Origin: Ilumatobacteraceae bacterium
GTDB taxonomy: Bacteria; Actinomycetota; Acidimicrobiia; Acidimicrobiales; Ilumatobacteraceae
DNA: 64,000 nucleotides
Direction of reading: 5' to 3'
Assembly (NCBI GenBank): GCA_039916865.1
Contig: JBDSKN010000015.1
Span: 6,225 to 70,224, forward strand
A program made the position numbers and the translations under genes. Positions 39,547 to 48,999 of this stretch are shown here, piece by piece (position 1 is the stretch's first letter; every line of letters starts with the position of its first letter). A model generated the notes under the pieces. It was given only the letters and a program-made list of their open reading frames with translations. It did not search any database and was not told where the DNA came from.

Positions 39547-40214
39547 CGCTGACACGCGTGGTGTTGGTGCGCCACGGTGAATCACAGGTCACCGTCAACA
39601 GAATTTTGGGCGGACCGCGATCCTGCACCGGTTTATCCGAGCTAGGTAGATTGCAGGCACAACGCCTTCGTGATCGAATAACCGAAACCGCCGAAATTTC
39701 CGCCGATCACCTCTACTCGAGTTCATACCCACGCGCCCTTGAAACCGCGGAAATTCTTCGGCAAGCGTTCGGTGGGATGGCGGTCACGGTCGACGGCGGA
39801 TTCGGCGAACATGATCCCGGCCCGGAGTGCGACGGGCTGACATACGACGAATTTGTGCGTCGACATGGTCGTCCGGATTGGGGAGCAGATCCAAACGCCG
39901 AGTTTTTTCCGGGCGGAGAGACCATCGCGGCATTTCATTCCCGGGTCGGCGCATCCTTTGATGCACTTGCGCGTCGACATTTTGGTGAAACAGTTGTTGT
40001 GGCCTGCCACGGTGGGGTGGTCGACGCGGTCTTGCGTCGAACGGTTGGGGCCCCATCGACCGGAAAATTCGAGATTCGAACCAAAAATTGCTCGCTCACC
40101 GAATTTGCCGAGATCCGCAGCGGTCACTGGGCCATGCTTCGCTACAACGACATCGCCCATCTACGTGGCCTGCCCTCGGCCACCATCGTAGACCCAGTCG
40201 CCGACCCCGATTGA
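39543..40214 (+). CDS. Histidine phosphatase (phosphoglycerate mutase) family protein
   Basis: RHG catalytic motif VVLVRHGESQ and a distal His in VVACHGGV. ATGA overlap with the VWA gene stop. Confidence 0.8.
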   Translation: MTLTRVVLVRHGESQVTVNRILGGPRSCTGLSELGRLQAQRLRDRITETAEISADHLYSSSYPRALETAEILRQAFGGMAVTVDGGFGEHDPGPECDGLTYDEFVRRHGRPDWGADPNAEFFPGGETIAAFHSRVGASFDALARRHFGETVVVACHGGVVDAVLRRTVGAPSTGKFEIRTKNCSLTEFAEIRSGHWAMLRYNDIAHLRGLPSATIVDPVADPD

Positions 40215-40222
40215 GGTATGAA

Positions 40223-41659
40223 ATGAAGACGGCTCAAACCCCAATCATCGTCGTTGGTGCGGGGTCAGCCGGGGCGGTAATCGCCGGACGACTTTCGGAG
40301 CGATCGTCGCTCAGTGTTTTGTTGCTCGAGGCCGGCGACGATGATCGCCCGGCGACACGCGATTCCCGAATTGAGGGAATCGACTATCTCGCAGCGCTGG
40401 AAGTGCCAGGCAGCATCTATCGCAATGTTCAAGTAACCAGGACCGCCGAGCAGGGCGTCGTGCCTTACTTTTTGGGTCGTGGAGTTGGTGGAAGCTCGAA
40501 GGTCAATGGTTTAGTCGGAATGTGGGGCCATCCAGCCGACTACGACAGTTGGGAGCGAGATCATGGATGCGTCGGCTGGTCATGGTCTCAAGTCGGTCCG
40601 GTGTTTCGCAACATGCCAATTTCATTGCAACAAATTCCGGTATCCGGCTGGGGAACCGCGGATCATCTGCTTTCAGGTGCCGCGTCGGATCGTGGGATCA
40701 CGGCTATCTCTGATCTGTGCACCACCTCGGCGGACGGATTCGGCGCCGCTCATCTGACAATTGCAAACTCGAAACGGCAGCTATTGAGCGATGTTTATGT
40801 CGCGCCCGCTCGTGAACGCACTAATTTCACTCTGCGCAGCAACTCCACAGCAAGTCGAATTATCTTCGATGGATCAACCGCGTCGGGAGTGCAGCTTGAC
40901 GATGGAGAACTGATTGATGCTCGCGCCGTAATCCTGTGCGCCGGCGCAGTTCATTCGCCGGCGATCCTACGAAGAAGCAACATTGATCTGGCCGGAATCG
41001 GGTTGGGTCTGAGCGATCATGTTGCGGTGACCTTTTCGCTGGCGGTGAACGACGTGATTCCGAGTGAGACGATCACCGGCACTCTTTTGCGAACATCTTC
41101 AGGTCAATCCAGCGGGGACATTCAAGTGCTTCCCATCAATCGCGTCGGCAATGATTCGAATCTTGTCGCACTAAGTGTTGCCCTCATGCAGGTGCAGTCT
41201 CGCGGCGAAGTCACTTTGAAAGGCGACGACCCGGCAATCTTCCCAACTGTGAATTTCAATTTGTTGAATGCTCCCGGCGACCTGCAACGAATGCGCGAGG
41301 CCGTGAGATTGTTGCTCGACCTAGTGAAGAGCCAATCGGTTCGAAGTCGAGTCCACGGGGTATTTTGTGACGACCGGCAAACTCCGGCCATGTCGCTTCT
41401 AGATATGACCGACTCTAAGCTCGATGATTGGCTTCGATGTCACGTCGGTAACTATTCCCACGCCTCCGGCACATGTCGCATGGGGTCGACCGGAGACCGG
41501 TTGACGGTGGTCGACACATCGGGAAAACTGATTGGCTTCGACAATCTATGGGTTTGTGACGCTTCGATCATGCCGGAGCTACCCAGGGCGACAACGAATC
41601 TGCCGGTCGTGATGATGGCCGAGGTTATCGCTCCTCGAATTGCACAAGTGTTTAGCTAG
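40223..41659 (+). CDS. GMC-family FAD oxidoreductase (choline dehydrogenase-like)
   Basis: IIVVGAGSAGAVIAGRLSE, GRGVGGSSKVNG, and C-terminal HASGTCRMG...V(V)D...L...NLWVCDASIMP. Confidence 0.85.
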   Translation: MKTAQTPIIVVGAGSAGAVIAGRLSERSSLSVLLLEAGDDDRPATRDSRIEGIDYLAALEVPGSIYRNVQVTRTAEQGVVPYFLGRGVGGSSKVNGLVGMWGHPADYDSWERDHGCVGWSWSQVGPVFRNMPISLQQIPVSGWGTADHLLSGAASDRGITAISDLCTTSADGFGAAHLTIANSKRQLLSDVYVAPARERTNFTLRSNSTASRIIFDGSTASGVQLDDGELIDARAVILCAGAVHSPAILRRSNIDLAGIGLGLSDHVAVTFSLAVNDVIPSETITGTLLRTSSGQSSGDIQVLPINRVGNDSNLVALSVALMQVQSRGEVTLKGDDPAIFPTVNFNLLNAPGDLQRMREAVRLLLDLVKSQSVRSRVHGVFCDDRQTPAMSLLDMTDSKLDDWLRCHVGNYSHASGTCRMGSTGDRLTVVDTSGKLIGFDNLWVCDASIMPELPRATTNLPVVMMAEVIAPRIAQVFS

Positions 41660-43130
41660 TCGCCCAATTGCGAGACCGTTCGACCCCGCGGGTCCACTCG
41701 AGGTATCCGATGTCTAGATATTCCCCAGCGCGAGTGAGCCCTCGCGGGCAAAATTCAGTTTCGAGCTGCCACGACTTGGCAATGGCATCCAGCGATGGCC
41801 AAACATCCTCTGCTAGTCCGGCTAGGTAAGCCGCCCCCATTGCCGTGGCCTCAAGCTCTCGCGGGCGTAACACGTTGACTCCGAGAAGATCGGCCTGAAG
41901 TTGGAGCAGTAGATTCATCACCGCAGCTCCTCCGTCAACACGCAAATCGCGAATGGTCACCCCCGAGGCTTGCGTCATGGCCGCCACCACATCACGCGAT
42001 TGATAAGCGATGGACTCGATTACGGCGCGGGCGATGTGTGCGCGAGTAGTGCCGCGGGTGATGCCAAGAATTGTCCCGCGCGCATAGGGATCCCACCACG
42101 GACTACCTAGTCCGGTGAATGCAGGAACGAAAATAACTCCGCCCGCGTCTGGAACGCTGGCGGCGAGCGGACCAATATCGGCGGCTTCATCGATGATGTT
42201 GATTCCGTCGCGCAACCATTGAATGGCGGCCCCGGTGACAAATATGGCGCCTTCAAGCGCGTACGTCGGCGTTCCATCGCCGAGAACCCAGGCCACGGTG
42301 GTGAGCAACCCCTCCCGAACCGGCGGACAAGTGGCACCCACATTCATCAACACAAAACTTCCGGTTCCGTAAGTATTTTTTGCGCTCCCAAGGCCAAAAC
42401 ATGCCTGACCGAAAAGGGCCGCTTGTTGATCGCCGGCGATTCCGGAGATCGGAATTCCATCCGGAACTCCCGAAACCGCAATTGTTACTCCGCATCGACC
42501 GCTCGAGGGCACGACAGTTGGAAGTGCAGTTAGAGGCACCTTGAAGATGTTGCATAGCTCTTCATCCCATTGCATGGTGTGGATGTCAAAAAGCATGGTT
42601 CTCGACGCGTTGGACGCATCGGTCACAAAACTTTCACTCGATGTCAGGTTCCAAATAATCCACGAGTCAATTGTGCCGAGCGCCAGATCACGGCTGTTCG
42701 GGACCTGGCCAGATTCGAGCAACCACTCAGCCTTTGATCCCGAAAAGTATGGGTCCAGGACCAAACCCGTGCGACCCCGCACCATTGGCAAAAACTCGGC
42801 AAGTTGTTCACAGCGCCGCGCGGTGCGACGGTCCTGCCACACGATCGCGCGATGATATGGAATGCCGGTACGACGATTCCAAGCAACAATCGTTTCTCGC
42901 TGGTTGGTTACACCGATTGCTGCAATCGGCTCGTTTACCTGGCCGATGACATCTCGTAAGGTTTCTTCAACCGCCGACCAAATTTCTAATGCGTCGTGCT
43001 CGATCCATCCCGGTTGCGGATAAAACTGGGTGAATTCTCGATACGCCGAGATCGAAGGACGTCCATCCGTAAATACGACTCGTGAGCGAACGCCGGTTGT
43101 ACCTGCATCTATCGCCACGACAACACTCAT
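41652..43130 (-). CDS. glpK: Glycerol kinase
   Basis: VVAIDAGTTGVRSRVV, IGVTNQRET, GIAGDQQAALFGQ, TYGTGSF, GGAA.N. Start trimmed to ATG 43130. Confidence 0.95.
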   Translation of the reverse strand: MSVVVAIDAGTTGVRSRVVFTDGRPSISAYREFTQFYPQPGWIEHDALEIWSAVEETLRDVIGQVNEPIAAIGVTNQRETIVAWNRRTGIPYHRAIVWQDRRTARRCEQLAEFLPMVRGRTGLVLDPYFSGSKAEWLLESGQVPNSRDLALGTIDSWIIWNLTSSESFVTDASNASRTMLFDIHTMQWDEELCNIFKVPLTALPTVVPSSGRCGVTIAVSGVPDGIPISGIAGDQQAALFGQACFGLGSAKNTYGTGSFVLMNVGATCPPVREGLLTTVAWVLGDGTPTYALEGAIFVTGAAIQWLRDGINIIDEAADIGPLAASVPDAGGVIFVPAFTGLGSPWWDPYARGTILGITRGTTRAHIARAVIESIAYQSRDVVAAMTQASGVTIRDLRVDGGAAVMNLLLQLQADLLGVNVLRPRELEATAMGAAYLAGLAEDVWPSLDAIAKSWQLETEFCPRGLTRAGEYLDIGYLEWTRGVERSRNWATS

Positions 43131-43149
43131 TGCAAGGAAATCTAGTCGG

Positions 43150-43350
43150 CTAAGGATTGGTGCTGTCTGAAGTCGTAATCGGGGTAATTGAGGGCAGGAG
43201 AAGTTCCTGCCTTTCGGGGTCGATGTTGCGGGGACGAATGTCAGGCGAAATTCCACACGCGCTGAGCGACAGGCATGACAGCGCCGCAATGGCTATGGAT
43301 CGAGCAATTCGAAGTCGGTGAGTTGACTGAGTCGACCGTCTTAAGTTCAT
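43150..43350 (-). CDS. Putative mini-lipoprotein (66 aa precursor)
   Basis: Basic N-region plus hydrophobic core plus lipobox LSAC (…IAIAALSCLSLSAC|GISPD…). Its ATG overlaps the sensor kinase stop (ATGA at 43347-43350). Confidence 0.55.
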   Translation of the reverse strand: MNLRRSTQSTHRLRIARSIAIAALSCLSLSACGISPDIRPRNIDPERQELLLPSITPITTSDSTNP

Positions 43351-44783
43351 ACGGTTATCACTCCCGAGCGTGACTCGCGTGGAAGCTCGACGATGAAGCG
43401 AGCACCTGAGATTCCGTCACCCCGGTGTTCGGCCCACACACGACCGCCATGCAAGGTGACGTGCTCTCGCGCTAGCGCGAGTCCTAAACCCGCACCTTCC
43501 GATGCGCCGCGCTTCCCGGCGGCGCCACCGCGCGAAAAGCGTTCAAAGATAAGTTCGAGTTCGCCTTCAACGAGTCCTTCGCCGTCATCTTGCACGATGA
43601 TCCAAACACTGCCGGTCGATTCGTCGAGATCATCAAGTGGCTCGGCGTGCGAAATAATTATGCTCGCTTTCCCGCCGCTGTGAAGACGGGCATTATCGAT
43701 GAGATTTGCCATGACTCGGGCAAGCCGACGACGATCGCCGCGAATAACCACATCTTGCAGTTCGGGATCACAGATTATGTCGGTGTTGGGAAGGCTGCTA
43801 ACGGAAACCGCCTGACGAACGAATTCATTCAATACGAGATTTTCTTTCAGCAGCCGAACTGCGCCGGCATCAAATCGAGAGATTTCTAACAAGTCCTCGA
43901 CCAAACCCTGAAATCGAATCACGTCTCCAACCAGTAGATCAAGGGCGACCTTTGACCGCTCTGGAAGCTCATCTCGTCGAGCAAGCATGACCTCCGCAGA
44001 GGCTGACAAGGTCATCAGGGGCGAACGAAGTTCGTGGCTCACATCAGACGCAAAACGAGCATCTCGCTCGACGCGCTGCTGTAGCGCGACAACCATGTCA
44101 TTAAACGCATTGGTTAAAAGCTGCAGATCGGGGTCATCGGTTTGTCCCAGGCGTGTGTCAAGTCGGCCGTCGGCAATAGCACGTGCGGCAAGGGCGGCAC
44201 TTGCAAGTGGTCGCACGACCCGTCGAGACGCGAATGCCCCGAGTCCTATTCCGACAATCGTGGTGAAGATGGTAGCCAGTAATAACGCCAGGCGAACGCT
44301 GCGCAGGGCGCTGGAAACTTCGGACAAGCTATTGATTTCAAAATAGGAAGCCTGAATTTGAGGCAATGGAATCCCGATAATGAGTGCACTCGAGCCGCGG
44401 TACTTGATGATCATTCGACTGGCCACAAGATCCTCGATCACGCGGGTCTGCAGCAACGGTGGAATCTGATTGGGTCCGAAAATCGGACTGGTGGAGCCCC
44501 AAGCGTTACGAAACAACAGCAAGCGATCTGGTGAATCGAGGTGGGCTAGAGTCTCGCCGACATTCGTTGGATCAATGATCAGGTCGCGCTGCACACGGCG
44601 CGCGTTTATGTATGCCTGGGTAATGCTTGCCGTTTCCCGCTGCTTGACCAGATTCGACTTCGTGATGCCATACGTTGTAAAGGCAAGAATTACCGACAAG
44701 AGAAGCGCACCGGCCCCAAACGTAATCAGAATGCGATTACGGAGACCGATACTTGGAAGTCGCCGCCAAGGGCTAGGTGTCAC
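43347..44783 (-). CDS. mtrB: Sensor histidine kinase (MtrB-like): 2 TM, HAMP, HisKA, HATPase
   Basis: H-box FASDVSHELRSPL, N-box NLIDNARLHS, G-boxes DDGEG and GAGLGLALA. GTG 44783 forms a GTGA overlap with the regulator stop. Confidence 0.8.
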   Translation of the reverse strand: MTPSPWRRLPSIGLRNRILITFGAGALLLSVILAFTTYGITKSNLVKQRETASITQAYINARRVQRDLIIDPTNVGETLAHLDSPDRLLLFRNAWGSTSPIFGPNQIPPLLQTRVIEDLVASRMIIKYRGSSALIIGIPLPQIQASYFEINSLSEVSSALRSVRLALLLATIFTTIVGIGLGAFASRRVVRPLASAALAARAIADGRLDTRLGQTDDPDLQLLTNAFNDMVVALQQRVERDARFASDVSHELRSPLMTLSASAEVMLARRDELPERSKVALDLLVGDVIRFQGLVEDLLEISRFDAGAVRLLKENLVLNEFVRQAVSVSSLPNTDIICDPELQDVVIRGDRRRLARVMANLIDNARLHSGGKASIIISHAEPLDDLDESTGSVWIIVQDDGEGLVEGELELIFERFSRGGAAGKRGASEGAGLGLALAREHVTLHGGRVWAEHRGDGISGARFIVELPRESRSGVITV

Positions 44784-45460
44784 GGCTGAAGTCGGTAGCC
44801 GAGCCCGCGCACTGTAATCACATGTTGCGGATTCGCGGGATCTGTCTCGACCTTCATGCGCAAGCGTCGGATATGAACATCGACCAATCGACCATCGCCA
44901 AAGTATCCGTATCCCCAAACCTTGTCGAGCAATACCTCGCGACTAAATACACCTCCCGGGTCGTGAGCAAGTTCACACAAAAGACGAAACTCGGTCTTGG
45001 TGAGTTGTGCTTCACGATTGTCGAGAAGGACCTTGCCCTCATTTGGGATAATTTCCAAGTTCCCGAATGTCAGTCGCGAATGTCCAGGAGCCGAAGGTCG
45101 AACGCGCCTGAGAAGCGCTCTGATTCGAGCAGATAACTCCTTTGGTGCAAAGGGCTTCGTCAGGTAATCATCGGCTCCCGCCTCCAGACCAGCGACCACA
45201 TCATGAGTATCAACCCGAGCGGTGACCATAACAATTGGGACATCGCTTGATTGGCGAATGCTTCGGCAAAGTTCGAATCCGTCGATTCCCGGCAGCATGA
45301 TGTCAATCAAAACGACATCCGCCGGCACCCGATTGAAAATGACGAGCGCCTCCTCGCCGCTCGACGCCTCGTCAACAATCCAACCCTCATCTTCGAGTGC
45401 GAGTTTTACCGACGCACGAATTCGTTCATCGTCTTCGACTGTCAACACACGCGTGCCCAC
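44780..45460 (-). CDS. mtrA: OmpR-family response regulator (MtrA-like)
   Basis: VLTVEDDERI, DVVLIDIMLPGIDG, VPIVMVTARVDTHDVVAGLEAGADDYLTKPFAPKELSARIRALLRR (closely resembles what I recall of MtrA), and a winged-helix C-terminus RGLGYRL. Confidence 0.85.
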   Translation of the reverse strand: MGTRVLTVEDDERIRASVKLALEDEGWIVDEASSGEEALVIFNRVPADVVLIDIMLPGIDGFELCRSIRQSSDVPIVMVTARVDTHDVVAGLEAGADDYLTKPFAPKELSARIRALLRRVRPSAPGHSRLTFGNLEIIPNEGKVLLDNREAQLTKTEFRLLCELAHDPGGVFSREVLLDKVWGYGYFGDGRLVDVHIRRLRMKVETDPANPQHVITVRGLGYRLQP

Positions 45461-45464
45461 GACG

Positions 45465-46280
45465 TTATTCTTGTCCAGCGGCGGTGCTTGACGCGGTGAT
45501 CAGAGTAGCCAGGTCATCAAAGAGGGCGGGGGCCGACGCCAGCAGCTGCGCCGTAGTCACTTCTTGCCCTGCGAAATTGCCACTTCGGCATCCGGCCTCT
45601 CTGGCAATCAATTCGCCCGCGGCGATGTCCCACGGTCCAAGATTCTCTTCAAAGTAAGCGTCAAGGCGTCCACAAGCGACAAAACAAAGGTCGATTGAGG
45701 CCGCCCCGAATCGACGAAAATCGCGAACCAAGTGAATCATCCTGGAAATTCGTTGGGCCTGCGCGGTTCGCCGCCCGGCCGAATAGCTGAAGCCGGTACC
45801 GACCAAGGCGTGCGACAGGCTTGAGGTGGTACTGCATCTGATCGGCAAGTCATTCAACTTGGCCCCATAGCCGCGGACCGCCGTGAACAATTCATCCATT
45901 GCCGGGATGTACACGGCACCCGCGAGCGTTCCGTGTTCATCGGTCGCGCCGATCGAGACCGCCCAATACGGGAGCGAATAGAGAAAATTGGTTGTGCCAT
46001 CGATGGGGTCGATGTACCAGGTGATGCCGCTTGATCCGCTGTGTGATGCCCCTTCCTCTCCGACAATTGTGTCCTCTGGTCGAGACCGCAACAATCCCTC
46101 AAACACCAGCAATTCGGAGGCACGATCGTATTCGGTGACCATATCGGTGACCGAGGACTTTGACTGAACTTCGGACAATCCTCCCCGGCGACCAATCAAT
46201 GCCATTGTTCCGGCTTGGCGCGCAAGTGTCGAGGCAACATTGAGTAGTTCGAACCCGAGCGAGTGATTCGTCGCCGTCAT
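45465..46280 (-). CDS. Inositol monophosphatase family protein
   Basis: Motifs GEEG, WYIDPIDGTTNF and WDIAAG. Confidence 0.85.
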   Translation of the reverse strand: MTATNHSLGFELLNVASTLARQAGTMALIGRRGGLSEVQSKSSVTDMVTEYDRASELLVFEGLLRSRPEDTIVGEEGASHSGSSGITWYIDPIDGTTNFLYSLPYWAVSIGATDEHGTLAGAVYIPAMDELFTAVRGYGAKLNDLPIRCSTTSSLSHALVGTGFSYSAGRRTAQAQRISRMIHLVRDFRRFGAASIDLCFVACGRLDAYFEENLGPWDIAAGELIAREAGCRSGNFAGQEVTTAQLLASAPALFDDLATLITASSTAAGQE

Positions 46281-46627
46281 GTTTTATTCGGTTGACCATC
46301 GGCGAGTTCTCGCCATTCACCGACCGCCCGCAACACCAACACCGTAATAATGCTCATGCCGATTGATCCGATTAAGGCTCCAATTAGTAGCCCTATTCCG
46401 ATCGGGACATCACAATTGCCGCTGCACTGCAGATCAATCATCGCCGAACCAATGAGCGCGCCAGCGATTCCGGCCACGAGAATCGCTATGAATGCGACGA
46501 CGCGCGATATCGGCGACGGAATTGCGGAAAGCGAACGGTTAGACCCTGGGGAAGACGACACGGCACCATCGTAGAGGTCGGTATCGTTCCTCCTAATGCG
46601 CACGATTCTCCATGTGGATATGGACAT
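46277..46627 (-). CDS. Small membrane protein (2 TM), hypothetical
   Basis: ATGA overlap with the IMPase start. Two Gly/Ile-rich TM segments. The start is uncertain: ATG 46627 overlaps dinB by 32 nt, and GTG 46561 is an alternative. Confidence 0.5.
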   Translation of the reverse strand: MSISTWRIVRIRRNDTDLYDGAVSSSPGSNRSLSAIPSPISRVVAFIAILVAGIAGALIGSAMIDLQCSGNCDVPIGIGLLIGALIGSIGMSIITVLVLRAVGEWRELADGQPNKT

Positions 46628-47873
46628 GTTTTATGTGGGAGTCGAATTGCGTCGACACCCCGAACTCATTGGCAAACCCGTGGTCGTCGGAGGCAGTGGC
46701 GCACGAGGGGTTGTGGCCGCCGCATCCTACGAAGCGCGCCGCTTTGGAGTGTTTTCGGCAATGTCGTCGGCACAAGCCAAGCGGCGATGTCCGCAGGCGG
46801 TCTTTCTGCCGGGGGATCAAGGACTCTATTCCGAGGCCAGTGCGCAAGTGTTCGATGTTTTTTCCGAGTACACGCCGCTCGTTGAGGGCTTGTCGCTAGA
46901 CGAGGCATTTTTGGATGTATCCGGTTCGCTGAGACTTTTTGGAAGTGGGGTAGAGATTGCCCACGATATTCGCCGACGAGTGCGGCATGAAACGCTGTTG
47001 GAGTGCAGCGTCGGAGTGGCCCCAAGCAAATTCATCGCCAAACTTGCATCCAAAGAGGCAAAGCCTCGCCCTACCGCCGATGCGGTTGAACCTGGGCGAG
47101 GAGTCGTCGAGGTTCGCCCTGGCGACGAGCTCGCATTTCTGCACCCGCTCAAGGTTGAATCGCTTTGGGGAGTGGGACCGGTGACTCTCGGCAAATTACA
47201 GCGCTTGGGAATTGCCACGGTTGGCGACATGGCCAGCTTCGATGTTCAAACATTGCAAACCATAGTTGGCCAAGCAAGCGGTCAACATTTGCACGAGCTT
47301 GCCAATGCACAAGATGATCGACCCGTTGTTGCCAGCAGCGAAGCCAAATCCATCGGTCACGAAGAAACGTTCAGCGCCGACATTTACAGACGAGATGAAA
47401 TTCAAACCAACCTCGTGCGACTCGCCGACGCAGTTGCACGAAGGTGCCGAGCCGAAGGACTTTCGCCGCGAACTTGTACCTTGAAGTTGAAATTTAGCGA
47501 TTTTCGAGTCATCACCAGATCACGGACGTCAACGTCACCATTGTCGTCTGCGCAGGCGATGCTTCGATTGCTCGACTCGGCCTTGGACGATATTGATTTG
47601 CAGGTTGGGGTGCGCTTGGTTGGGTTTTCGACACGCAACTTTTCAGAACCCGCCGCCCAGGACAGTCTCTTTGACGAAGGGTCTAATGCTGGGGAGGCGG
47701 CAGATTTAGACGCGGTATGGCGAGACGCAACTTCGGCCATAGATGAGATTCGGGAACGATTTGGGGCTGGCGCCATTCGTCCTGCGAGCACCCTGAATTC
47801 TGATCGCCAACCTGGTTCCTCGCCGTGGGGACCGTCGCGACAACCCAACAGCGGCGCGACGGAAGTCAGCTAG
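46596..47873 (+). CDS. dinB: DNA polymerase IV (Y-family)
   Basis: ILHVDMDMFYVGVELRRHPEL, SLDEAFLDVSG, KFIAKLAS. Confidence 0.9.
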   Translation: MRTILHVDMDMFYVGVELRRHPELIGKPVVVGGSGARGVVAAASYEARRFGVFSAMSSAQAKRRCPQAVFLPGDQGLYSEASAQVFDVFSEYTPLVEGLSLDEAFLDVSGSLRLFGSGVEIAHDIRRRVRHETLLECSVGVAPSKFIAKLASKEAKPRPTADAVEPGRGVVEVRPGDELAFLHPLKVESLWGVGPVTLGKLQRLGIATVGDMASFDVQTLQTIVGQASGQHLHELANAQDDRPVVASSEAKSIGHEETFSADIYRRDEIQTNLVRLADAVARRCRAEGLSPRTCTLKLKFSDFRVITRSRTSTSPLSSAQAMLRLLDSALDDIDLQVGVRLVGFSTRNFSEPAAQDSLFDEGSNAGEAADLDAVWRDATSAIDEIRERFGAGAIRPASTLNSDRQPGSSPWGPSRQPNSGATEVS

Positions 47874-48567
47874 GTGTTGAGTCCGGCCCCTGCCGCTTCC
47901 ATGTGAGTCCGAGCGCAATAGACCACAGACCGAATGGCAAAAGTAGACCGACTGTCCATCCAAGAAACAGAAGGACGGCGACAATCCACGCGGTGACAGA
48001 AACCCACCGCGGAAGAATTCCGGTACTCCGCCCGATCTTTCCAATTAATACGACCGCGATCGCCAAGGGAATGACGGCTACAAAGAGGGTCACCGACCCT
48101 GCTTGGGCAATGCCGGCCTGAACACCGATTTCGATACCCGTATCTCCCGTGATTGCACCAAGCGCCCTCGTAAAGGGCACGGTAAGTAATTGTCCAGCCG
48201 CTGCTAGCAGCCCCGCGGCAGAGACAAGCACGAACGCAGTGGCCAGGTCGCGACGAGTCCTTTGATGCTGGTCGGTAATCTCCGCGCGCATCGCAATCAT
48301 CAACCAAATCAACATTGTCGATGTGAATATGAGCCCTAGCCCACCGATCCCGTCGAGAATCACTTGAGCGTCGCTGCTGAAATGAACTTCAAATGCGGTG
48401 GATGCGTCCGCGGTGCTTCCCAGCAGCGCCCCAAGTAGACCGATGCTCGCAAAGTAGGCAACACCAAGGCTGACTGCTGGGGCCCGAAGAGGACGATTCA
48501 ACTGCTTCAATATCACTCCTAGCTGGATTACAACTGGCGCTACGGGGCGCCGAAGCAATCCTTGCAT
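47866..48567 (-). CDS. Hypothetical integral membrane protein
   Basis: 233-aa ORF with about 6 hydrophobic segments and no family motif recognised. An 8-nt convergent overlap with dinB. Confidence 0.5.
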   Translation of the reverse strand: MQGLLRRPVAPVVIQLGVILKQLNRPLRAPAVSLGVAYFASIGLLGALLGSTADASTAFEVHFSSDAQVILDGIGGLGLIFTSTMLIWLMIAMRAEITDQHQRTRRDLATAFVLVSAAGLLAAAGQLLTVPFTRALGAITGDTGIEIGVQAGIAQAGSVTLFVAVIPLAIAVVLIGKIGRSTGILPRWVSVTAWIVAVLLFLGWTVGLLLPFGLWSIALGLTWKRQGPDSTPS

Positions 48568-48645
48568 AAATTCGAATATTGATCATGCAGCCTGCGTTGT
48601 CCCAGTGGGCAATTCATGCGAGAATGGAGTAAATGAGGAGTCCAC

Positions 48646-48999
48646 GTGGCATTGTCAGATAACGAACAACGAATACTTCGGCAGATCGAGGAGCAGCTCG
48701 AGACCGATCAGCGATTCGCCCAAGCAGTGTCGCCCTCCGGTCTGTACCGCCACTCGGCCCGCAAGGTTCGTTGGGCGATACTCGGAATTTTGATTTCGCT
48801 AGTCGCCACGGTGGCCCTACTTCAGGTTCACTTCATGTTTGCGTTCGTAGGTTTCCTCGGCATGCTGTTCTTTGTTCTTGTAATTGAGCGTCAGTTACGG
48901 GCGATTGGCAAGGCCGGTATCCAAGACATTGCGGCCACACTCCGAACGTCGCGACTCAATGCGCAGACTATTCGCGAAAAGTTCTCCCGCGGCGCCTAA
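48646..48999 (+). CDS. DUF3040-like small membrane protein
   Basis: (M)ALSDNEQRILRQIEEQLETDQRF followed by 2 TM segments, the pattern of the actinobacterial DUF3040 family. A GAGGAG RBS lies 6 nt before GTG 48646. Confidence 0.6.
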   Translation: MALSDNEQRILRQIEEQLETDQRFAQAVSPSGLYRHSARKVRWAILGILISLVATVALLQVHFMFAFVGFLGMLFFVLVIERQLRAIGKAGIQDIAATLRTSRLNAQTIREKFSRGA

